From Guillardia theta CCMP2712 (lineage: Eukaryota; Protista; Cryptophyta): a stretch of DNA of 64,000 bases. A model generated the notes under the pieces. The model saw only the letters and a program-made list of their open reading frames with translations. It made no database searches and had not been told where the DNA came from. Location: the NCBI RefSeq assembly GCF_000315625.1, contig NW_005434523.1, positions 29,725-93,724 on the forward strand, given 5' to 3'. A program made the translations under genes and the position numbers. Positions 26,170 to 36,485 of the stretch are shown in pieces; within the stretch, counting starts at the first letter, position 1; each line of letters opens with the position of its first letter.

Positions 26170-27294
26170 TCAGGCACTCCCGCGCTCTCCTCCGCTCCAT
26201 ACCGCCCTCCCTAGGCCCGTCGACTCCTCCGGCGTCTCCCACCACCCTTCAAACGCAAGCTCCTCCTCCTGCCAGCTCTCCTCCTCCTCCCTCGCCTCGC
26301 CAAGCAGGTGAAGCTCCCACGGCTCTGACTGGATGGACGCGACATCATTCTGAACAGGTAGAAAGCTCCCAGCCTCTCGATTCTCCTCCTCCCCCGACGA
26401 CCAAAATGATGGCTCCCTACTGCCATAAGGTCCCTCAATCCCGGTCTCCTCCTGCATCCTCTCCTTCCCTCTCCCCCACAGCCGGGCACACAAGCTAGCC
26501 TCGGACCTCTTGTCCTCGACCATGATGCCTTGCACTGCCCCCGCCTCCTCCAGAGACTCAGCGGCCTCCTCTCCCGACGACCAGGTTGCAGGCGACCATG
26601 CCTCTTCGGCCCTGCTCTCGCTTGCAACACCCGCAGCATTCATCATCGTACCCTCCATCCCCTGCTTGCACTCCTCTCCCGCGCCTCTCCCTCCCTTCAT
26701 CCCCGTCCTCGCCTTCCGGTACACCCGACGCGGCGCCTTGCTCCAGTTCACCGTCATCTCCGCCCACGCCCCGTACCTCTCCCGGCAGCACTGCTCCAGC
26801 GCCTCCAGGCTCACGTCCGCCCCGAGCCTGCACGCGAGCTGGCGGAGCTTGAGCCAGGCCTGCCGGAGCTCCTGGAGCTCGTGGGGGTCGTCGGGGTTCC
26901 TCCAGCGGCGGTTGGAGAAGAAGTAGCGCGCGCTGCTGCTCCTCGAGAAGTCCGTCGCCTCGACATCGTCGGGGAGGATGCAGCGGTCGCGGATCTTGGT
27001 GAAGCCGTTGTGCTCGAGGACCTTGTTGAACTCCACCTCCCTCACCCCGTACCCCCCGAACGTCTGCTCCGCGCTACGGGCGGCGGCCGGGATGCAGTCG
27101 CGGAGGGCGTCGTAGAGGGAGAGGCGGCCTTTGCGGGGGATGAAGAGGTGGCTGAGGGAGGCAGGGACGGCTCGGGAGACCTGAGAGCAGGGGTGAGGTC
27201 TGAGCAGGAGATGAGAGGAGGGGGAGGAGCATACCGCTTGGGCGAAGGCGAGGGCGACGGCCTTGGAGGCGGGGGAGGCAGAAGGCCGGACCAT
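26170..27294 (-). CDS. Expanded family copy 2 (exons 27294-27235 and 27180-26170)
   Basis: Same N-terminus, a 54-nt intron, the conserved domain and a long acidic tail. Motif upstream at 27687-27708. Confidence 0.85.
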   Translation of the reverse strand: MVRPSASPASKAVALAFAQAVCSSPSSHLLLRPHPCSQVSRAVPASLSHLFIPRKGRLSLYDALRDCIPAAARSAEQTFGGYGVREVEFNKVLEHNGFTKIRDRCILPDDVEATDFSRSSSARYFFSNRRWRNPDDPHELQELRQAWLKLRQLACRLGADVSLEALEQCCRERYGAWAEMTVNWSKAPRRVYRKARTGMKGGRGAGEECKQGMEGTMMNAAGVASESRAEEAWSPATWSSGEEAAESLEEAGAVQGIMVEDKRSEASLCARLWGRGKERMQEETGIEGPYGSREPSFWSSGEEENREAGSFLPVQNDVASIQSEPWELHLLGEAREEEESWQEEELAFEGWWETPEESTGLGRAVWSGGERGSA

Positions 27295-28088
27295 GCTGCA
27301 GTGAAGGGAGCGACAATATGCTTTTGATTGATGTTGGCTTCGGAGAGTATGTTTTTGAGCTGTTGACAAAGGGGAGAGGGAGAGGAGATTGGGTTGGACG
27401 TGGTGTTGTTGGAGGACGCTGCTGGAGGATACCCTGTTGTGGATCAAGAGCAGAAGGAGCAGCTGGTGCTAGGGGCAGAGGGGAGGAGGGGGAATGCAAA
27501 GGGGTCCGTTCCTTCATCATCTGTTCCCCTGTTGATAGACCGACTACCCCTCATTGTGACTCAATATTGAGTGTACCGGTACTTGGATCCGGATCTTCCG
27601 ATTCCCCCTCTGTGCAACTTTCCCCGACCCCAAGGTAACCACCCACCCTTTCAAGCTGTTTGTACCCACCCCTTCTTGCCGGTCGTGAGATGCCGATGGT
27701 AACGTGACGTGAAGTACAAATGATTTTTCAAAATTTCTTTTTTGACGAGTAAACCAGGCCTGCCTCAGTATCGGTCAGCACTAAGTGAAGCCAGGCAGGG
27801 TTGACGTTTTGAGTGAAGACACGCCTTGAGTGAAGACACGCTTTGAGTGAGGCAGAAGTTTCTTTTGACTTGACGGCACACTAAAGGTGAAGACAGATGT
27901 CTCATATGTTTGAAGACAAGTCCAAGAAAGGTGTGAGGTCCCACACTTTCAGCAAGCAACCTTTACTTTCAATCAAATTCACACTGTCAAATCATAGCTT
28001 CGTTACAATCTGCCTTACATGTTCGCCTTCAACCATAACATCCCCCTTTTCTCCTCAACGTATCTTGACATTTCCACTGATCCCGTGC

Positions 28089-29029
28089 TTATTCTACAAC
28101 ATTCCATCTTGCCTCCCCTAGGCCCGTCACCTCCTCCGGCGTCTCCCACCACCCTTCAAACGCAAGCTCCTCCTCCTGCCAGCTCTCCTCCTCCTCCCTC
28201 GCCTCGCCAAGCAGGTGAAGCTCCCACGGCTCTGACTGGACGGACGCGACATCATTCTGAACAGGTAGAAAGCTCCCAGCCTCTCGATTCTCCTCCTCCC
28301 CCGACGACCAAAATGATGGCTCCCTACTCCCGCTACCAGCAGGTCCCTCAGCTCCGGTCTCCACCTCCATCCTCTCCTTCCCTCTCCCCTCCTGCCCCTT
28401 GCCCCTCCCTCCCTTCCTCCCCGTCCTCGCCTTCCGGTACACCCGACGCGGCGCCTTGCTCCCAGTTCACCGTCATCTCCGCCCACGCCCCGTACCTCTC
28501 CCGGCAGCACTGCTCCAGCGCCTCCAGGCTCACGTCCGCCCCGAGCCTGCACGCGAGCTGGCGGAGCTTGAGCCAGGCCTGCCGGAGCTCCTGGAGCTCG
28601 TGGGGGTCGTCGGGGTTCCTCCAGCGGCGGTTGGAGAAGAAGTAGCGCGCGCTGCTGCTCCTCGAGAAGTCCGTCGCCTCGACATCGTCGGGAAGGATGC
28701 AGCGGTCGCGGATCTTGGTGAAGCCGTTGTGCTCGAGGACCTTGTTGAACTCCACCTCCCTCACCCCGTACCCCCCGAACGTCTGCTCCGCGCTACGGGC
28801 GGCGGCCGGGATGCAGTCGCGGAGGGCGTCGTAGAGGGAGAGGCGGCCCTTGCGGGGGATGAAGAGGTGGCTGAGGGAGGCAGGGACGGCTCGGGAGACC
28901 TGGAGGGGGGAGGGGACGGGTTAGAGCAGAGGAAAGAGGGAGGAGATGAGATGAGGGGGAGGAGCATACCGCTTGGGCGAAGGCGAGGGCGACGGCCTTG
29001 GAGGCGGGGGAGGCAGAGGGCCGGACCAT
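28089..29029 (-). pseudogene. Expanded family copy 3, with a +1 frameshift near 28461 (real or sequencing error)
   Basis: AACTGGGAGC replaces AACTGGAGC, and the canonical tail continues in ORF 28089-28442. Motif upstream at 29225-29246. Confidence 0.7.
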
Positions 29030-29836
29030 GGAGGCTTAGTTAGCGTTTCTACTCCAGGAAAGGGGGCGGGAGAAGATAAAAAGCCTCTAGTTTACTACAT
29101 CCTTGCATCCCCCGCCTGTTTTCCCGACTGATGACCCCACCCTTCCCAACAAATCACCCAGTATAAGAACCCCTGGTCTCTTGAAAGGTTTAAATGTGTT
29201 TTACTCGTCGGACCGACGGAATCAGAGATGCCGATGGTAACGTGACCTAGGACATCCGAGTCAGAGGAGTCCGACTCCGAGGCCTCGAGGATTGTACTTG
29301 GATAGAAAAGACTTGGAGTCCCATAGTCATCATACACGTGCTCAAGTACTGATCCAAGCACGAGAATGTCAAGAGCGCTCCTCCTTTGTTTGCCAGGTGG
29401 CTGAGCTTGGAGACGAGCAGAAAGTATCCTCTCTCCTCTTGTCACTTACTTCGACGTTTCTTATGAATATCTTGCTGTTTGGTACAGGCAACTACGCAAA
29501 GGTACCGTGAAAAGCCAATTTCAATATGCATGTTTCCCTATTAAATCATACAACTACAAGTCCATCTTGTTAGGATTGAACGTCTTCGATAACTTTCGAA
29601 TTAAAGTGGAACTTGATACAAAGCAAGTTTGAAACACTCAGTACAACCACATCGTAAGTTGATAGTTTGAAATGATCCGAAACGATCAGTCAAGAAATGA
29701 TGATATCAAACAAGTGAGGAAGAGCGAAGGATGTGCAGGAAATTGATCTCAAGAGCGAGTCTGACATCCAGATTCAAATGAAACAGCAAGAGACTCAAGC
29801 ACTGCTCAAAACAAATTGCTGTCTACTTCCTGTCAT

Positions 29837-30828
29837 TCAGGTCCAGCTCCTGCTCCCCCAGTCTCTTTCCAAGTCGTTCAGGCCCTGAGGTGTTTCTCTT
29901 CCCACCCGCTGAAGCGCTCCTCCCTCGAGACTGATATCCTCCTCCTCATTTTCATCATCGAAGCTCTGCTCCCAAGATTCATCAAGCAATTCCTCCTTAT
30001 CGGATGTTTCATCAAGCTGCTCATCGCCAGCGAAGCCAGTAGATGATCCAACCATGCTCTCACCCGCTGCTGACGGTCCTGCCTCCTCTATCTCCTCGAC
30101 CTCTTTCCCAGCTGAAGATGATAAACTGTGGACATGTGACGAACCCTGCTGAGATAAGCTAGCAACTCCAGCCTTCCCCTGCCTACACTCCTCCCCATCG
30201 CCTCTCCCTCCCTTCCTCCCCGTCCTCGCCTTCCGGTACACCCGACGCGGCGCCTTGCTCCAGTTCACCGTCATCTCCGCCCACGCCCCGTACCTCTCCC
30301 GGCAGCACTGCTCCAGCGCCTCCAGGCTCACGTCCGCCCCGAGCCTGCACGCGAGCTGGCGGAGCTTGAGCCAGGCCTGCCGGAGCTCCTGGAGCTCGTG
30401 GGGGTCGTCGGGGTTCCTCCAGCGGCGGTTGGAGAAGAAGTAGCGCGCGCTGCTGCTCCTCGAGAAGTCCGTCGCCTCCACCTCGTCGGGGAGGATGCAG
30501 CGGTCGCGGATCTTGGTGAAGCCGTTGTGCTCGAGGACCTTGTTGAACTCCACCTCCCTCACCCCGTACCCCCCGAACGTCTGCTCCGCGCTACGGGCGG
30601 CGGCCGGGATGCAGTCGCGGAGGGCGTCGTACATGGAGAGGCGACCCTTGCGGGGGATGAAGAGGTGGCTGAGGGAGGCAGGGACGGCTCGGGAGACCTG
30701 GAGGGGGGAGGGGACGGGTTAGAGCAGAGGAGAAGAGGGAGGAGATGAGATTAGGGGGAGGGGCATACCGCTTGGGCGAAGGCGAGGGCGACGGCCTTGG
30801 AGGCGGGGGAGGCAGAGGGCCGAACCAT
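29837..30828 (-). CDS. Expanded family copy 4, with a distinct acidic tail
   Basis: ATG at 30828, the conserved intron and an intact domain. The tail includes DEQLDETSDKEELLDESWEQSFDDENEEED. Motif upstream at 31035-31056. Confidence 0.85.
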
Positions 30829-31149
30829 AAGATAATATGTTTGTCCTGTTGTTTCTAGCAACACTGTACAGTCACTGTGAATGCTCATTCAACCTTGCCT
30901 CATGGTTGTTCTATGCGTATGTAGGATGAGGAACCCGTTCCAAATACAGATGATGGACCGGTCATACAAAATCGCACTACCCCCCACTCCCTGCGGATGC
31001 TTTTCTAGATAGGGTGGTGGCCATGCAGTCGCTAAGATGCCGATCGTAACGTGACCGATCCTCGCATATCTATTTTCGTTTCCTTTTCAAGACCATTTTC
31101 ACCCTTCGATAATTTTCTTGTCTCGCACATTCCATCCTCCCATCCTATT

Positions 31150-32055
31150 ATGGTTCGGCCCTCTGCCTCCCCCGCCTCCAAGGCCGTCGCCCTCGCCTTC
31201 GCCCAAGCGGTATGCCCCTCCCTTCTCCTTTCGTCACCTCCTCTGCTCTAACCCGTCCCCTCCCCCCTCCAGGTCTCCCGAGCCGTCCCTGCCTCCCTCA
31301 GCCACCTCTTCATCCCCCGCAAGGGTCGCCTCTCCCTCTACGACGCCCTCCGCGACTGCATCCCGGCCGCCGCCCGTAGCGCGGAGCAGACGTTCGGGGG
31401 GTACGGGGTGAGGGAGGTGGAGTTCAACAAGGTCCTCGAGCACAACGGCTTCACCAAGATCCGCGACCGCTGCATCCTCCCCNNNNNNNNNNNNNNNNNN
31501 NNNNNNNNNNNNNNNNNNNNNNNNNNNNNNNNNNNNNNNNNNNNNNNNNNNNNNNNNNNNNNNNNNNNNNNNNNNNNNNNNNNNNNNNNNNNNNNNNNNN
31601 NNNNNNNNNNNNNNNNNNNNNNNNNNNNNNNNNNNNNNGTGAGCCTGGAGGCGCTGGAGCAGTGCTGCCGGGAGAGGTACGGGGCGTGGGCGGAGATGAC
31701 GGTGAACTGGAGCAAGGCGCCGCGTCGGGTGTACCGGAAGGCGAGGACGGGGAGGAAGGGAGGGAGGGGCAAGGGGCAGGAGGGGAGAGGGAAGGAGAGG
31801 ATGGAGGAGACCGGGGCTGAGGGACCTGCTGGTAGCGGGCAGAATCGAGAGGCTGGGAGCTTTCTACCTGTTCAGAATGATGTCGCGTCCGTCCAGTCAG
31901 AGCCGTGGGAGCTTCACCTGCTTGGCGAGGCGAGGGAGGAGGAGGAGAGCTGGCTGGAGGAGGAGCTTACGTTTGTAGGGTGGTGGGAGACGCCGGAGGA
32001 GGTGACGGGCTTAGGGAGGACGGGCTGCCATGTATGGCGCGAAGGAGGATGGTGA
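31150..32055 (+). CDS. Expanded family copy 5 (spans the assembly gap at 31483-31638)
   Basis: ATG at 31150, the conserved intron, and domain sequence on both sides of the N run. Transcribed divergently from copy 4. Confidence 0.75.
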
Positions 32056-35000
32056 TGGGTTTGGGGTGAGGGACGTTCTGCAAGAGGTATCGGAGGTCTT
32101 GTAGATAGGTCACGAGGGGCTCGGGGATGATGGCGAAACAAATAGACGTAAAGTGGTGTTAACATGAGAACAATAATTTGATGATTAAATTGATAGATGT
32201 TTCCATTGCACCTCAGCGTTCCTGGAGGTCTTTGCAGATACCTCAAAAGCTCCATCCTGAGCGTGATCTCCCACCAAGAGCAGTTGAGAGAGACATTTGT
32301 TCTGTGATTGGAGGCAAACAATTCCTACACCGTCACGCCAACTTGCGGATACATCAATCGACAACGGTCAACCTCTCTGTTCACATACGGACACAACGTT
32401 ACAACCATGCCGTGGTGCATGCATCTAGCTAGTTGGCTACAAACTTCTTATGCAGTAGGAACCTTTCTTTTTTTTCGGAACCATCAATTCACTCCAACAC
32501 CTTTCATTCAGTACTTGTGTCGACATGAGCTGACGCCAGTCACGTTACAGTCGGCATCACGATTTCGTTACAATGGACCTCGGTCCGAGCAGTAAAACAT
32601 CATTTATTATATGCATCGATTCGGAAGCACTATTCAAATCCAGTCTCGATGCATGAAGTACCTTAAATCCCACACTGACTTCACCGCTTCCTCTTTCCGT
32701 TGCAGCCCATCATTTGCCTCTCTCTGACAACCACCCGACGGGGGCATCACAGAGATTGGCAGCTGAGCCTGATAAGGCAGCAAAGGTGACGAGAGCTGGA
32801 CTGGCAGCTGGACTGGTGCGACGAGGAGGGTTGAGCGGTTTACTTTTTGAAAAGATGCCCGTGAGGCGGGCCCGGTTGTAGCACACCCCCCTCTTATAAT
32901 TATTATTATCATTATTGTTCCGTTTCCGATGGACTAAAAAAGAATGAGGGGATCTGTAGTAAGTTGACGGTCACGTTACCATCGGCATCTCAAACGACGA
33001 AATTAAAAAATCTCATTGCGCGAAGCAGGGGTACCTGACAACTGAATCTAGGGGGTAGGGGTCTTGTATCGGGGAAAGTTGCAATGGGGGAATGACGAGC
33101 CCTGAGGACCGGTACTAAGGGGAGCATGCGTCAGACCCTGTACCACTCTATCCTCCCTTCCCCTCCCTTTCCCCCCCTCTCACCCTCCCCTCCATAACCC
33201 ATACCCTCTGATCTCTTCATCAACTGATTCCCTTCTCTGCCTCACCGAATCTCTTTCAAGCAGCCCGCCCTCTCCATCACGACATATCATCACTAGCGAA
33301 ATCCCCGTGCCTCCTACATAATCCTTCCTCCCATGGTCCGGCCCTCTGCCTCCCCCGCCTCCAAGGCCGTCGCCCTCGCCTTCGCCCAAGCGGTATGCCC
33401 CTCCCCCTCATCTCATCTCCTCCCTCTTTCCTCTGCTCTAACCCTTCCCCTCCCCCCTCCAGGTCTCCCGAGCCGTCCCTGCCTCCTTCAGCCACCTCTT
33501 CATCCCCCGCAAGGGCCGCCTCTCCCTCTACGACGCCCTCCGCGACTGCATCCCGGCCGCCGCCCGTAGCGCGGAGCAGACGTTCGGGGGGTACGGGGTG
33601 AGGGAGGTGGAGTTCAACAAGGTCCTCGAACACAACGGCTTCACCAAGATCCGCGACCGCTGCATCCTCCCCGACGAGGTGGAGGCGACGGACTTCTCGA
33701 GGAGCAGCAGCGCGCGCTACTTCTTCTCCAACCGCCGCTGGAGGAACCCCGACGACCCCCACGAGCTCCAGGAGCTCCGGCAGGCCTGGCTCAAGCTCCG
33801 CCAGCTCGCGTGCAGGCTCGGGGCGGACGTGAGCCTGGAGGCGCTGGAGCAGTGCTGCCGGGAGAGGTACGGGGCGTGGGCGGAGATGACGGTGAACTGG
33901 AGCAAGGCGCCGCGTCGGGTGTACCGGAAAGGCGAGGACGGGGAGGAAGGGAGGGAGGGGCAAGGGGCAGGAGGGGAGAGGGAAGGAGAGGATGGAGGAG
34001 ACCGGGGCTGAGGGACCTGCTGGTAGCGGGCAGAATCGAGAGGCTGGGAGCTTTCTACCTGTTCAGAATGATGTCGCGTCCGTCCAGTCAGAGCCGTGGG
34101 AGCTTCACCTGCTTGGCGAGGCGAGGGAGGAGGAGGAGAGCTGGCTGGAGGAGGAGCTTACGTTTGTAGGGTGGTGGGAGACGCCGGAGGAGGTGACGGG
34201 CTTAGGGAGGACGGGCTGCCATGTATGGCGCGAAGGAGGATGGTGATGGGTTTGGGGTGAGGGACGTTCTGCAAGAGGTATCGGAGGTCTTGTAGATAGG
34301 TCACGAGGGGCTCGGGGATGATGGCGAAACAAATAGACGTAAAGTGGTGTTAACATGAGAACAATAATTTGATGATTAAATTGATAGATGTTTCCATTGC
34401 ACCTCAGCGTTCCTGGAGGTCTTTGCAGATACCTCAAAAGCTCCATCCTGAGCGTGATCTCCCACCAAGAGCAGTTGAGAGAGACATTTGTTCTGTGATT
34501 GGAGGCAAACAATTCCTACACCGTCACGCCAACTTGCGGATACATCAATCGACAACGGTCAACCTCTCTGTTCACATACGGACACAACGTTACAACCATG
34601 CCGTGGTGCATGCATCTAGCTAGTTGGCTACAAACTTCTTATGCAGTAGGAACCTTTCTTTTTTTTCGGAACCATCAATTCACTCCAACACCTTTCATTC
34701 AGTACTTGTGTCGACATGAGCTGACGCCAGTCACGTTACAGTCGGCATCACGATTTCGTTACAATGGACCTCGGTCCGAGCAGTAAAACATCATTTATTA
34801 TATGCATCGATTCGGAAGCACTATTCAAATCCAGTCTCGATGCATGAAGTACCTTAAATCCCACACTGACTTCACCGCTTCCTCTTTCCGTTGCAGCCCA
34901 TCATTTGCCTCTCTCTGACAACCACCCGACGGGGGCATCACAGAGATTGGCAGCTGAGCCTGATAAGGCAGCAAAGGTGACGAGAGCTGGACTGGCAGCT

Positions 35001-35369
35001 GGACTGGTGCGACGAGGAGGGTTGAGCGGTTTACTTTTTGAAAAGATGCCCGTGAGGCGGGCCCGGTTGTAGCACACCCCCCTCTTATAATTATTATTAT
35101 CATTATTGTTCCGTTTCCGATGGACTAAAAAAGAATGAGGGGATCTGTAGTAAGTTGACGGTCACGTTACCATCGGCATCTCAAACGACGAAATTAAAAA
35201 ATCTCATTGCGCGAAGCAGGGGTACCTGACAACTGAATCTAGGGGGTAGGGGTCTTGTATCGGGGAAAGTTGCAATGGGGGAATGACGAGCCCTGAGGAC
35301 CGGTACTAAGGGGAGCATGCGTCAGACCCTGTACCACTCTATCCTCCCTTCCCCTCCCTTTCCCCCCCT
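31241..35369 (+). repeat. Tandem direct duplication with a ~2191-bp period (~31241-33178 and ~33431-35369)
   Basis: Identical ORFs are offset by 2191 bp: 31914/34105, 32178/34369, 32308/34499 and 32634/34825. Confidence 0.9.
33333..34246 (+). pseudogene. Expanded family copy 6, with a +1 frameshift near 33928 (real or sequencing error)
   Basis: CGGAAAGGCG replaces CGGAAGGCG, and the canonical tail continues in ORF 33992-34246. Motif upstream at 32970-32991. Confidence 0.7.
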
Positions 35370-35527
35370 GTGCAACTTTATAAAGTAAATAAAGGGCCTC
35401 GAGCCCGAACCCGCCTCCCTCCTCCTCCTCTCCCTCTTGCTTGACCTCCTCACCGTGCTTGCTGCATCGGTTGTCGTCCTCTAACCCAGATCTCAAGCAC
35501 ACAGCTGAAAACTCTGAATTCCCTGCC

Positions 35528-36485
35528 ATGGTTCGGCCCTCTGCCTCCCCCGCCTCCAAGGCCGTCGCCCTCGCCTTCGCACAAGCGGTATGCCCCTCCC
35601 CCTCATCTCATCTCCTCCCTCCTCTGGCCTGACCCCTGCTCTCAGGTCTCCCGAGCCGTCCCTGCCTCCTTCAGCCACCTCTTCATCCCCCGCAAGGGCC
35701 GCCTCTCCCTCTACGACGCCCTCTGTGACTGCATCCCGGCCGCCGCCCGTAGCGCGGAGCAGACGTTCGGGGGGTACGGGGTGAGGGAGGTGGAGTTCAA
35801 CAAGGTCCTCGAGCACAACGGCTTCACCAAGATCCGCGACCGCTGCATCCTCCCCGACGAGGTGGAGGCGACGGACTTCTCGAGGAGCAGCAGCGCGCGC
35901 TACTTCTTCTCCAACCGCCGCTGGAGGAACCCCGACGACCCCCACGAGCTCCAGGAGCTCCGGCAGGCCTGGCTCAAGCTCCGCCAGCTCGCGTGGATGC
36001 TCGGGGCGGACGTGAGCCTGGAGGCGCTGGAGCAGTGCTGCCGGGAGAGGTACGGGGCGTGGGCGGAGATGACGGTGAACTGGAGCAAGGCGCCGCGTCG
36101 GGTGTACCGGAAGGCGAGGACGGGGACGAGAGGGAGAGGCGCGGGAGAGGAGTGCAAGCAGGGGATGGAGGGTACGATGATGAATGCTGCGGGTGTTGCA
36201 AGCGAGAGCAAGGGCGTAGAGGCATGGTCTCCTGCAACCTGGTCGTCGGGAGTGGAGGCCGCGGAGTCTCTGGAGGGAGCGGGGGCAGTGCAAGGCATCA
36301 TGGTCGAGGACATCAAGTCAGTGAAGTCAGAGCCGTGGGAGCTGAGCCTGCTTGGCGAGGCGAGGGAGGAGGAGGAGAGCTGGCTGGAGGAGGAGCTTCC
36401 GTTTGTAGGGTGGTTAGAGACGCCGGAGGAGGTGACGGGCCTAGGGAGGGCGGTATGGAGCGGAGGAGAGCGCGGGAGTGCTTGA
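35528..36485 (+). CDS. Expanded family copy 7
   Basis: ATG at 35528, the conserved intron and an intact domain. The tail is an internally shortened version of the copy 2 tail. Motif upstream at 35161-35182. Confidence 0.85.

Larger units (their letters stand above)
22946..27294 (-). repeat. Left arm of a large imperfect inverted repeat (partner 35528-39247)
   Basis: ORF pairs 23593/38179, 23745/38021 and 25804/36570 are reverse-complement duplicates, and copies 2 and 7 share a C-terminus. The middle (~24350-25600) is diverged or replaced. Confidence 0.85.

Noticed and set aside
26530-27327. Long antisense ORFs over each family copy (...VHPTRRLAPVHRHLRPRPVP...)
   Set aside because: These are shadows of high-GC3 codon usage. 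Their ends vary between copies, and the sense strand carries the conserved ATG and intron.
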